A stretch of DNA of 18,743 nucleotides from UHGV virus genome UHGV-0092215. One strand, given 5' to 3'. The first letter of the stretch is position 1; each line of letters opens with the position of its first letter. The notes beneath the pieces were generated by a model. It was not told the DNA's origin and searched no databases. It was given only the letters and a program-made list of their open reading frames with translations. A program made the position numbers and the translations under genes. Shown piece by piece: positions 1 through 7,544 of this stretch. The DNA comes from a virus.

Positions 1-49
1 CAGGGTCCCCCTCCGGGAGTACCTTTTGATAATAATTATCAATTGCACA

Positions 50-664
50 CTATCGACGGCACTGCTGCCAGATAACACCACCGGGGAAACATTCCATCAT
101 GATGGCCGTGCGGACATAGGAAGCCAGTTCATCCATCGCTTTCTTGTCTGCTGCCACTTGCTTTGCGACATCCAGCGCCGCACATTCAGCAGCGTTTTTC
201 AGCACATTTTCGATTAACGCTTCGAGATTGGTATCGACACCAGAATTAACTTCAAATTTGTCGGCGCTGGTGGTTACCTTGTTCTGCACCGGTTCATCAC
301 TGCGAACACCAAAGCTGATGTTGTAGATATTGGTCACCGGCTGAGGTGTATCGATTGCCGCTGCGTGGATAGCACCATTTGCGATAGCGGCGTCCTTGAT
401 GAATGACACTCCATTGCGAATAAGTTCGAAGGAATTGACCAGGTGTTCAACGGCAAATTTCTGCCCTTCTGATGTCAGAAAGGTAAAGTGATTTTCTTTC
501 TGGTATTCAGTTGCTGTATGTCTGGTTTCAGCAAAACCCAGCTCGCGTAATTCAGCGGCACCAGATTTAGACGGCAGGTCACCTGACAGCAACGCGCCAC
601 GGAAAAAGAGCGCATACAGCACGTCAGTAGCAGCGCCAGATAGCGTAATAATTTTCTCAGCCAT
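50..664 (-). CDS. hypothetical phage protein (204 aa), first large gene after the lysis cassette
   Basis: ORF-track 204 aa ORF; ATG at 662-664 preceded by AAGGA about 7 nt upstream; no motif I can assign to a family. Confidence 0.5.
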   Translation of the reverse strand: MAEKIITLSGAATDVLYALFFRGALLSGDLPSKSGAAELRELGFAETRHTATEYQKENHFTFLTSEGQKFAVEHLVNSFELIRNGVSFIKDAAIANGAIHAAAIDTPQPVTNIYNISFGVRSDEPVQNKVTTSADKFEVNSGVDTNLEALIENVLKNAAECAALDVAKQVAADKKAMDELASYVRTAIMMECFPGGVIWQQCRR

Positions 665-678
665 TATTCGATCCTTTT

Positions 679-852
679 TTAAGCGCGGCCTAACTGTTTG
701 AAGGTAGAAGGACGACCAGTGCGTAAGACATGTTTATCATCACCGAGCACACCGATAACAATGCGCGTTCGTCCCTTTTTATCGCTGATGATCATCCCGT
801 CATTACGAATAAACATCCTCAATCCTGACTTTGATTTTTTGCCGAATTGCAT
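679..852 (-). CDS. small basic hypothetical protein (57 aa, MQFGKKSKSGLRMF...)
   Basis: Below the 60 aa ORF-track cutoff, translated by hand. ATG at 850-852 with AAAGGG 7 nt upstream; stop TAA 679-681 sits directly before the RBS of the next gene. Confidence 0.4.
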   Translation of the reverse strand: MQFGKKSKSGLRMFIRNDGMIISDKKGRTRIVIGVLGDDKHVLRTGRPSTFKQLGRA

Positions 853-870
853 AGCTATACCCTTTTAGAC

Positions 871-924
871 GTGAGCCTGTCGCACGGCAAAGCCGCCGAA
901 AGTTAACGGTTTGCCCAGGCTCAC
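871..924. repeat. long imperfect inverted repeat (9 bp perfect outer arms GTGAGCCTG / CAGGCTCAC plus inner GGCAAAGCCG / CGGTTTGCC stem)
   Basis: Read directly from the sequence; lies in the intergenic gap between the spanin genes and the small ORF at 679..852. Confidence 0.45.
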
Positions 925-961
925 AACTGAAAGACTTTCTTTGATGTGCGCGTGCGATGCG

Positions 962-990
962 CATTAAAAAGCCCCGCTATTGCGAGGCCA
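962..990 (-). terminator. putative intrinsic terminator at the 3' end of the spanin pair
   Basis: On the minus strand GCCTCGC-AATA-GCGGGGC (7 bp stem with one G-U pair) followed by TTTTT; the stop codon of the lipoprotein gene lies in the hairpin. Confidence 0.5.
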
Positions 991-1210
991 TGGTGATTTT
1001 ATTGGGACAGTTACGCTGAACGGACCTGTTATGAGTCAACACATCTTTCTTAGTCTGGCGGTCCATAACCTCAATGTCGTGCTCAGTGAGGTAGATTATG
1101 CTTACCCAGTCACAGGCCGTGTCCGTTACTTCAGGTTTTGCGGGTAAACTTTTCGCGCAACTCACGGTCAACATCGTCATCAGGAAGATGATTAACAGTC
1201 TGTTGTACAT
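977..1210 (-). CDS. putative o-spanin (Rz1-like outer-membrane lipoprotein)
   Basis: 77 aa ORF with hydrophobic N-terminus and lipobox-like LTVSC; AAGGAG RBS 6 nt upstream of the ATG at 1208-1210; overlaps the upstream gene by 80 nt in another frame, as Rz/Rz1 pairs do; directly after the endolysin. Confidence 0.6.
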   Translation of the reverse strand: MYNRLLIIFLMTMLTVSCAKSLPAKPEVTDTACDWVSIIYLTEHDIEVMDRQTKKDVLTHNRSVQRNCPNKITMASQ

Positions 1211-1400
1211 CCCTGGCTCCTTTTGTTGTTTCTACCCGGCGTTCTGCAACAGCTTCAGTAGCAGTTGCACGTTCTTCAGTTCGTTGCTGGTCCGCTTTTG
1301 TTTCAGCAATACTGGCACCACGTGATTTGCCCAGACCAAAAGCACCGGCAATTGCTGCCAGCGCAGCAACAATCAGGCCGATAATCATTTCAAGTCCCAT
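1131..1400 (-). CDS. putative i-spanin-like membrane protein (Rz-like, 89 aa)
   Basis: Internal ATG at 1398-1400 (MGLEMIIGLIVAALAAIAGAFGLG..., one N-terminal transmembrane segment then a charged tail) with GAGG RBS; the ORF-track start at 1535 would overlap the endolysin. Shorter than a typical Rz, so the call is positional. Confidence 0.5.
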   Translation of the reverse strand: MGLEMIIGLIVAALAAIAGAFGLGKSRGASIAETKADQQRTEERATATEAVAERRVETTKGARDVQQTVNHLPDDDVDRELREKFTRKT

Positions 1401-1407
1401 AGTAACC

Positions 1408-2034
1408 TCACACCAGTGCGGCTTTAGCTTTGGCGTAACGTTCACGGCGGTCTTTAATGCCGTTCTGCCCGCCGTTAATAATCTGTGTGACACGCTCCAA
1501 ATCGCCCGGATACCGTAGACAACCGTTTGAAACATAGAACCAGGCAGCGCTGCGTGCAGCGTTAATGTCTTTTCCCAGCAGTTCAGGGTTGCTGACTAAA
1601 TCCAGTTTTAACGCCGTACCACAGGTCAGGTAGTTATCCAGGAAGGTGATCCCTATAATTCCGCGCCCCCGGTATTTCCACCCATCACCAGCCGACTTGT
1701 TGCCAAAGCGGCCTCCGTATACCAGATTTGCAATCGCCCGCTGGCGTTCGAGTGGCAGAACTTTTTCGTAATTTTTTCTTCCCAGCGCACTGGCCTGGTC
1801 TGGAGTAAGCCGCTTTACTTTCACAAAATAGGCTAATCCGTCGATGCTATAGTTGAAGCTTTCCACCAGTTGGGTAAAGCCAGTGCTTTCGTGCCCACAT
1901 TGCGCAATAAACATGGCCTGATCGAGTTTTGTCGTAATGCCGAATTCTTTCATTGCCGCATCAATGTGCGGAAACCAGCGTGCAGAAAGCCCGGCGCTGA
2001 TACCAGCCGCCTGCTGAAATTGTGATTGGTTCAT
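1408..2034 (-). CDS. phage endolysin, glycoside hydrolase family 19 (chitinase-like lysozyme)
   Basis: Internal ATG at 2032-2034 overlaps the upstream stop (TAATG); sequence from MNQSQFQQAAG... carries GH19-type motifs (AQCGHESTGF, NLVYGGRFGN, GRGIIGITFLDNY); sits between holin-like genes and spanins. Confidence 0.85.
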   Translation of the reverse strand: MNQSQFQQAAGISAGLSARWFPHIDAAMKEFGITTKLDQAMFIAQCGHESTGFTQLVESFNYSIDGLAYFVKVKRLTPDQASALGRKNYEKVLPLERQRAIANLVYGGRFGNKSAGDGWKYRGRGIIGITFLDNYLTCGTALKLDLVSNPELLGKDINAARSAAWFYVSNGCLRYPGDLERVTQIINGGQNGIKDRRERYAKAKAALV

Positions 2035-2315
2035 TATTGCCTCAGATGATCTACCAGACGTGCCACGTTGCCTCTGACGGCGACCAGCACGGACAGAAAG
2101 ATAATGTTGGCCCCGATAGTGGCCCATGATGAGTACGGGTATATACCGCACAGATACGCCAGCGGAACTGCGCTGTAGATGACCGTAAGCAGCCACGCCA
2201 GGCGAGATATCCACGGTCGATGTCGGGAATCACCACGACGGTAAAACATCAAGGTCAGCACTACCCCAGCGCAAAGCAATGCATTTAAAGTTGCCGATGG
2301 GTCATTTTGTACCAC
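2034..2315 (-). CDS. holin-associated small membrane protein (second holin or antiholin-like, 93 aa)
   Basis: GTG start at 2313-2315 preceded by GGGGAGG RBS; about 3 predicted transmembrane segments; between holin and endolysin. Confidence 0.6.
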   Translation of the reverse strand: MVQNDPSATLNALLCAGVVLTLMFYRRGDSRHRPWISRLAWLLTVIYSAVPLAYLCGIYPYSSWATIGANIIFLSVLVAVRGNVARLVDHLRQ

Positions 2316-2688
2316 CTGAACCTCCCCGGCGCGTTATCAGCGCCACCAGCGAGCCAACATCCTGATTATTCAGGAACGTCAGGATTTTGACGGCTAAAGC
2401 AGAAACGATTACGGCGCCAATGGCATCCAGTGGTTTATCACTGTAGCCGGTAGCCTGAGCCAGCTTTGAACCCACCAGCCCGGAACAAAGGATCCCCGCG
2501 ATATACGACACCAGAAAATATGCCAGTCGGCGCGCTGCACTTAGATCCGCTGCAGTTGCAATGTAAAAAACAGCCCCGGCAAATGCGCCAAACACCACAC
2601 CGTAATCGGTTCCGGACAGAAATCCATAGACGCTGGCCCCCGTCAGGACACCACCAGCCAGCCCAGTACCGGAAATCGGATCGGACAT
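2302..2688 (-). CDS. putative holin (128 aa multi-pass membrane protein)
   Basis: ATG at 2686-2688 with AGAGGGGG RBS; Gly/Ala-rich hydrophobic segments and charged C-terminus; first gene of the lysis cassette. Confidence 0.7.
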   Translation of the reverse strand: MSDPISGTGLAGGVLTGASVYGFLSGTDYGVVFGAFAGAVFYIATAADLSAARRLAYFLVSYIAGILCSGLVGSKLAQATGYSDKPLDAIGAVIVSALAVKILTFLNNQDVGSLVALITRRGGSGGTK

Positions 2689-2833
2689 TTAGCCCCCTCT
2701 TAATTGCTGTGATTCCTCTCAGAAATGAGGGGATGTGGAATCAGGCAACCGGGCTCTTTTGTTCAAATAAAAGTAAGGATGATTCCCGGTGCCTGAAAAT
2801 GGTAATCACCACATCCACAGGGCGTGATGATCG

Positions 2834-3886
2834 TTATGTTTTGCTCAGTTTTTCCACCTCTTCGGTGGTCTGAATAAATCTGTCAGCTTCCAGTTCTACT
2901 CCGATCGCCCGACGGCCAAGTTCTATTGCAGCTTTCACAGTTGAACCAGAGCCCATAAAGAAATCGGCAACGATATCCCCCGGCCTGCTGCTGGCGCTAA
3001 TGATCTGCTTCAGCATGTCGGCGGGTTTTTCACATGGATGTTTGCCTGGATAAAACTGAACAGGCTTATGCGTCCATACGTCGGTATACGGAACAAGAGC
3101 GGAAACAGAGAAGCAGCGCCGAAGGATTTTGTATTCCTCCAGCAATTCTGAATACTTGCGGTTTAATGACTGGTAGGTAGCCACCAGCTGGTGGTGAGGA
3201 TGTTCAAGCTTTTGCTGAATATGTTTATCGATGGCGATCCGCGTGAACAGTTCCTGCAATTTTCGATAGTCCACTTCATTCGGTAGTTGCCATTGGCTTG
3301 CACCAAACCAGTGTGACGCCATGTTTTTCTTTCCGGTTGCCTCAGCTATTTCTTTCGAGCTGACACCCAGCGATTCACGGGCATTACGGAAGTAGTCAAT
3401 CAGTGGCGTCATAATGTGCTGCTTTAGCTCTGTGCTTTTCCTTTCGTAAACATCCTCTTTACCTGTGTACGGCCCAAGATAGTGCTCAGCAAACAAAATC
3501 CGTTCCGTAGATGGAAAGTACGCACGCAGGCTTTCTTTGTTACAACCATTCCAGCGGCCCGATGGTTTTGCCCAAATTATGTGATTCAAAACGTTGAACC
3601 GGGCACGCATCATAATCTCTATGTCTGAGGCCAGTCGGTGACCGCAAAACAGGTAAATGCTGCCAGCAGGTTTAAGTACGCGAGCATACTCAGCCAGGCA
3701 GCTATCAAGCCAGCGTAAGTAGTCCTCGTCCCCCTTCCATTGGTTGTCCCAGCCGTTAGGCTTCACTTTGAAGTACGGAGGATCCGTAACAATCAGATCA
3801 ATAGAGTTATCCGGGAGGGTGGCGACGTAATGCAGGCTATCAGCGTTGATTAACTCAACACTGTTTATTTTTACAGTATTTTTCAT
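2834..3886 (-). CDS. DNA methyltransferase, beta-class (DPPY motif before FxGxG; N6-adenine or N4-cytosine)
   Basis: 350 aa; LIVTDPPYF near the N-terminus and FFMGSGST near the C-terminus; no restriction-endonuclease-like partner visible; no obvious RBS before the ATG at 3884-3886. Confidence 0.85.
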   Translation of the reverse strand: MKNTVKINSVELINADSLHYVATLPDNSIDLIVTDPPYFKVKPNGWDNQWKGDEDYLRWLDSCLAEYARVLKPAGSIYLFCGHRLASDIEIMMRARFNVLNHIIWAKPSGRWNGCNKESLRAYFPSTERILFAEHYLGPYTGKEDVYERKSTELKQHIMTPLIDYFRNARESLGVSSKEIAEATGKKNMASHWFGASQWQLPNEVDYRKLQELFTRIAIDKHIQQKLEHPHHQLVATYQSLNRKYSELLEEYKILRRCFSVSALVPYTDVWTHKPVQFYPGKHPCEKPADMLKQIISASSRPGDIVADFFMGSGSTVKAAIELGRRAIGVELEADRFIQTTEEVEKLSKT

Positions 3887-4036
3887 AGATCAGTAAGCGT
3901 AACTCTGATAGGCTCACGTTGCTTTTGCGCTAAAGCAGTGGGCCTTGGTTAGCTTGTGACCTGAAAGCATGAGCTGATGGCTGGCCGGGTGCGCTAACAC
4001 CCACCAGCCGCCCATTTCCACAGCAGAAAGCCCCCA

Positions 4037-4228
4037 TTACTGGAGGCGTTTATAACATCCAAACTGGTAATCAGATAAACCCGCCATCACCAGCTGCGTA
4101 AGTATGAGCTGGCAACGTTCGCGGCTGAGGTGGGTATTCTGTGCAATCTCCCCAGCCGTTGCTGGTTTATCGCTTAATTCATTGAAAACAGCCTTTGCCG
4201 TTTCTGTCATATCTTCCTGATTTAGCAT
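4037..4228 (-). CDS. small winged-helix-like hypothetical protein (63 aa)
   Basis: ORF-track ORF; composition resembles the small protein at 14247..14501 (..AGEIA..L..L...G..); weak RBS. Confidence 0.45.
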   Translation of the reverse strand: MLNQEDMTETAKAVFNELSDKPATAGEIAQNTHLSRERCQLILTQLVMAGLSDYQFGCYKRLQ

Positions 4229-4348
4229 GTCTTTTACCTAAAATTAGTTGCGTGACATACAGATAACTCTGGTTGGTGATACCAGCAAGAGAAGAATTCC
4301 ATTCTGCGACCGCCAGCGCCTTTATGCGCCGTGCATGGCTGATTTGCC

Positions 4349-4376
4349 ATAAAAAAACCCGCTCATCGGCGGGTTT
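4349..4376 (-). terminator. strong intrinsic terminator downstream of the Q-like gene (tR'-like)
   Basis: On the minus strand AAACCCGC-CGATGA-GCGGGTTT followed by TTTTTAT; lies about 90-120 nt after the Q-like stop. Confidence 0.7.
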
Positions 4377-4389
4377 ATAAAACTTTGGC

Positions 4390-4440
4390 AACATATCAAA
4401 TATGCTTTAAATATGGCTTATTTTGTTGCATTTTGCAAGC
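4390..4440 (-). promoter_or_regulatory. candidate late promoter (PR'-like) with qut-like region
   Basis: Minus-strand TTGCAA (4433-4438) then about 17 bp then CATATT/TATTTA; assigned mainly by position between the Q-like gene and the terminator; element match is weak. Confidence 0.3.
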
Positions 4441-4468
4441 GTGTTTGAAGGAGATAGTGAAATTTACT

Positions 4469-5158
4469 TCACATTTCTGCCACTTTGAGGGCTTCTTCTT
4501 CCTCATAGTATTCCAGAGCCATGGCCAATGCAGATTCATCAAGCTGCGTAAAAGCGGTCTTTAACCCAGCCCAGTGCCCTGAATAGACACGCAACCATGT
4601 CGAACGGTCAACGCTAACCATGCGGGCCAACGCTGCACCAGCATAGTCTTTATAGGTTTCATTATTTCTGGTTGCGGCAATTTCCTGCCCTGCCAGCCAT
4701 ACCAGGCCAATCAGTTTCTTTACTACGCGATCCTGAAGGGAATTATCACCCAGGCATTTCTGATAAGTTTTCCAGACGTATTCACACATCATCACCTGGT
4801 GCTTATAGCTAAGGTCAAAACCGTAGCAGTACCGCAACCAGGCCTGCTGGTATCCACTAAGCGCGGACACTGCCCTACGCCACGGCGCGGACTCAAATTC
4901 CGCATCTTTTATCGGCGGCATTGGCCTGCGGCGGCTGCGTGTTTCCAGTACATACAGTGGCGCGGAAAGCGAGTTAACAAAGCGTGGCCCCTTCTCTCCT
5001 TCGAGTTCGACGAGATGAATTCCACGGCGCGGGGTGGCATTTTTGTCTGCTGGTGGGTGTTCACTGAAAGCCTCAAGCTGCCCTTTTGTTCCCCCGGAGA
5101 GGTCAGGTAGCGCGCGGCGCAATTCTATTCTTACAAAATTCAGGTCTTGTTGATTCAT
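4469..5158 (-). CDS. putative late-gene antiterminator (Q-like, QuuQ/phage-82 type)
   Basis: 229 aa from the ATG at 5156-5158 (the ORF-track GTG at 5179 directly follows the upstream TAA and is the alternative start); followed by promoter-like sequence, strong terminator and lysis genes; a DUF968-like gene sits upstream as in E. coli Qin ydfU-quuQ. Family is from position and recall. Confidence 0.5.
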   Translation of the reverse strand: MNQQDLNFVRIELRRALPDLSGGTKGQLEAFSEHPPADKNATPRRGIHLVELEGEKGPRFVNSLSAPLYVLETRSRRRPMPPIKDAEFESAPWRRAVSALSGYQQAWLRYCYGFDLSYKHQVMMCEYVWKTYQKCLGDNSLQDRVVKKLIGLVWLAGQEIAATRNNETYKDYAGAALARMVSVDRSTWLRVYSGHWAGLKTAFTQLDESALAMALEYYEEEEALKVAEM

Positions 5159-5179
5159 GCTTCTTTGCGCTCCATACAC

Positions 5180-6175
5180 TTAAGCTGTCGCAATTACGCC
5201 GATCGCCAGCGCCCGATCCATAAAACGCAGTAGCAGCTCAAGCTGCGTACCATGCTTCTGCTCGAATGCCGGTACATCGGCGTGCAGCTCGTCGTGACAC
5301 TCTCTGCACAGAGGGATCACGAATAGGTCATGGGCTTTTGTTGCTGTACCACCCATACCGTGCCCTACGATATGGTGCGGATCATCTGCTGGCCGTCGGC
5401 AACACTCACAGGGTTGTGTTTTAACCCAGCGGGTGTACGTCTCATTTACCCAGCGGCGACGTTTTGGCCTGAGCATGAAAGACTCTGGCGACTCCGGATC
5501 AACAGAAAGCGTGAGAATCTTTTTCGCCTTCTCCTGCACGAGGCTGGCTGCTGAAGCGGAAGGCACAATGTCACTTTCCCTCATGACTGAGCTGCTCTTC
5601 TCATCCGGAAGCCGTAACCCCTTATGCGCGACGCTTTCCGGTATAACATCAGCCAGGTCGTTCCTGACCATCCACCAGCACAGTTCCGGTAACGTCAGGA
5701 TATGCGACTCGGGAAAACCAGAATCGCGACGAATGACTTCCAGAATCCAGGATACCAGGTTTCCTGCCGCTATATCTGCAAGCTGCTCGGTATGTTGCCC
5801 GGACAGGATGTGATCGCAATGCCAGCACAGGCGAATGCTTCCTGGCTCGTGCCTCATAATTGTGAAGTTCTTGTCGTGCCACGATGAATGGGGCCACTGG
5901 CATTCAAACCGTGAACTCAGCCACTGCTCAAGGGAAGAAAGCCCACCGGCACGCTGTATAACCCGTTCATTCCCGAAGACCTGCCGCATTACCGGATCCT
6001 CCGCCAGCGGCTGAATGGCGGTGGGAACAGCCCCGGTACTGAATGACGCCATTTCTTCTGGTTCAGGCTCGAGCAGAACGCGACCGCGCATGAAGAGATG
6101 CATCAGTTCCGCTCCGGGACGAAACAACACAATCCCCATACGGGAGGCTATTTCAGGTGTGAGTAATGCCCTCAA
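5180..6175 (-). CDS. DUF968-like (YdfU-like) protein with C-terminal Cys/His-rich motif
   Basis: 331 aa ORF; C-terminus CECCRRPADDPHHIVGHGMGG...CRECHDELH looks like a zinc-binding or HNH-like module. The ORF-track start is TTG; an in-frame ATG at 6101-6103 has a GGAG RBS, so the true start is uncertain. Confidence 0.55.
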   Translation of the reverse strand: MRALLTPEIASRMGIVLFRPGAELMHLFMRGRVLLEPEPEEMASFSTGAVPTAIQPLAEDPVMRQVFGNERVIQRAGGLSSLEQWLSSRFECQWPHSSWHDKNFTIMRHEPGSIRLCWHCDHILSGQHTEQLADIAAGNLVSWILEVIRRDSGFPESHILTLPELCWWMVRNDLADVIPESVAHKGLRLPDEKSSSVMRESDIVPSASAASLVQEKAKKILTLSVDPESPESFMLRPKRRRWVNETYTRWVKTQPCECCRRPADDPHHIVGHGMGGTATKAHDLFVIPLCRECHDELHADVPAFEQKHGTQLELLLRFMDRALAIGVIATA

Positions 6176-7059
6176 TTGCCGCCACCAGCCAGTTCTTTAT
6201 CGTGGGTGAAACTCCCGTTCCAGGTCACCTTCATCGGAAGCTTCCCTTTCAGATAGTTTTTGTAGATCCAGGTGGCCCCTTCCCGAAGCAGAACCGGCTG
6301 ATAGGTGGTAAAGCTGACTGCTGAATTTGGAGAGACTTTGCTGCTTTTCTCAGTGAGGTATTTATCACGCGCGTATGACCGGACACGCCATTGTGCGCTG
6401 CGTCCTTCCGGATTGTCGTCATATAACCAGTTCATCGAAACAAGCCAGGCGCTAATTTTTGAGGTATTAACGCCATTCAGACGTTTACAGAACTGTACTG
6501 GGGAAAGCCCATCAGTGAAGAGGCTCTCGAGATGCTCGATATATTCGGCTTGCTGGTGGGTAAGCGCCTCAGCTTGCTGCTTTGCCTCCATGGCATCCGC
6601 CCACGCACGCGCCAGGGTTATTGGATCAGACATATTCGGCAGCATGACACCGTGGACCTCACGAAGATTGAAGTAATGATCTTCAAGCTGTTCAAAGAAG
6701 TCCCAGGCTAATTCGGTTTCAAGCATTTTTGCGTGGCGGGAGGCGCCGCGCTCAGTCCAGAGATAAAGGCTGCGAGCCTTTGATGATATTTGCACACTGC
6801 TGAAAGAGTTGCGCAAATTTTCGACTTCATCACCCTCAATTCGAAAGTAATGCTTACCCTCAACAAAACGCATTTTATTGCGGTTAAAGTTATTCGTGAT
6901 GTTTTGCGCTGTTGTACCGTAGCCGCTTGCTAAAGATTCCGTAGTCACTACGCGTTGATTGCGATAAGTGATCACCGGCACCGATGAGTGATTAACGGAA
7001 ATTACTGATGAAGTGCTATTTTTGGGCGTAGCAGTGCCCATAACATGATGATTGCTCAT
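6172..7059 (-). CDS. phage antirepressor-like protein (ORF6N-type N-terminal domain, KilA-C-like C-terminus)
   Basis: N-terminal region ...NITNNFNRNKMRFVEGKHYFRIEGDEVENL... matches the ORF6N pattern I recall; ATG at 7057-7059 with GGAGA RBS preferred over the ORF-track start at 7164, which would overlap rusA. Confidence 0.6.
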   Translation of the reverse strand: MSNHHVMGTATPKNSTSSVISVNHSSVPVITYRNQRVVTTESLASGYGTTAQNITNNFNRNKMRFVEGKHYFRIEGDEVENLRNSFSSVQISSKARSLYLWTERGASRHAKMLETELAWDFFEQLEDHYFNLREVHGVMLPNMSDPITLARAWADAMEAKQQAEALTHQQAEYIEHLESLFTDGLSPVQFCKRLNGVNTSKISAWLVSMNWLYDDNPEGRSAQWRVRSYARDKYLTEKSSKVSPNSAVSFTTYQPVLLREGATWIYKNYLKGKLPMKVTWNGSFTHDKELAGGGN

Positions 7060-7145
7060 ATTATCTCCATACTCTGATTGTTGCGAAGGGCCTGCACGCC
7101 CGTTTCGCTTGCACTTTCCGACATTACTGCCATATCGACCAATAT

Positions 7146-7544
7146 TCAACCCACAGCTGGACATATAACCACCTCTTTTTTATATGCCGTTATGGTTATC
7201 TCAACTTTTCCCTTCGGTACTATTGGCCCCCATTCCACCAGCATGCGCTTAATCTGGCTGTCGTCTTCCCAGACACCCGCATGCGTCAGCGCGTCAAACA
7301 GGGCTTTGTTGTAATTATCGATATCCCGGCGGCGCGCATCCGGCGGGTACAGAGTGATTTCTACCGCTGCCAGTTCAGTCGATGGCTTCGGGAGACGTCG
7401 TAATTGCTCAATGATCGCCACGCAGGCAGCGCTCTGGTATTTACGACCATTAGCGCTAATGAGGTGACGACCGGCCAGCGGCCCTTTGTTAGGGGCGCGC
7501 CAGTAAGCGTTTACGCTCGGAGGAAAAGGCAGGACCAGTTTCAC
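7146..7544 (-). CDS. rusA: crossover junction endodeoxyribonuclease RusA (Holliday junction resolvase)
   Basis: 132 aa; LPFPPSVNAYWR and RRRDIDNYNKALFDALTHAGVWEDDSQI match RusA; GTG start overlapping the upstream TGA (GTGA) with GGGGAGAGG RBS. Confidence 0.9.
   Translation of the reverse strand: MKLVLPFPPSVNAYWRAPNKGPLAGRHLISANGRKYQSAACVAIIEQLRRLPKPSTELAAVEITLYPPDARRRDIDNYNKALFDALTHAGVWEDDSQIKRMLVEWGPIVPKGKVEITITAYKKEVVICPAVG

Noticed and set aside
26-326. Plus-strand ORFs 26..217 and 144..326
   Set aside because: Lie entirely antisense within the 204 aa minus-strand gene (50..664); TTG start, no RBS, low-complexity translations.
2466-2873. Plus-strand 135 aa ORF
   Set aside because: Antisense to the holin and MTase 3' end; Arg/Pro-rich translation typical of a wrong frame.
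4179-4394. Minus-strand 71 aa ORF starting upstream of the Q-dependent terminator
   Set aside because: Its start lies upstream of the terminator, which sits inside its 5' coding region, and it overlaps the better-supported 63 aa ORF; likely spurious.
4799-5110. Plus-strand 103 aa ORF
   Set aside because: Antisense inside the Q-like gene; no RBS.
5330-5903. ORFs 5330..5554, 5433..5813, 5649..5903 and 5702..5887
   Set aside because: All overlap the DUF968-like gene in alternative frames or antisense; no independent signals.
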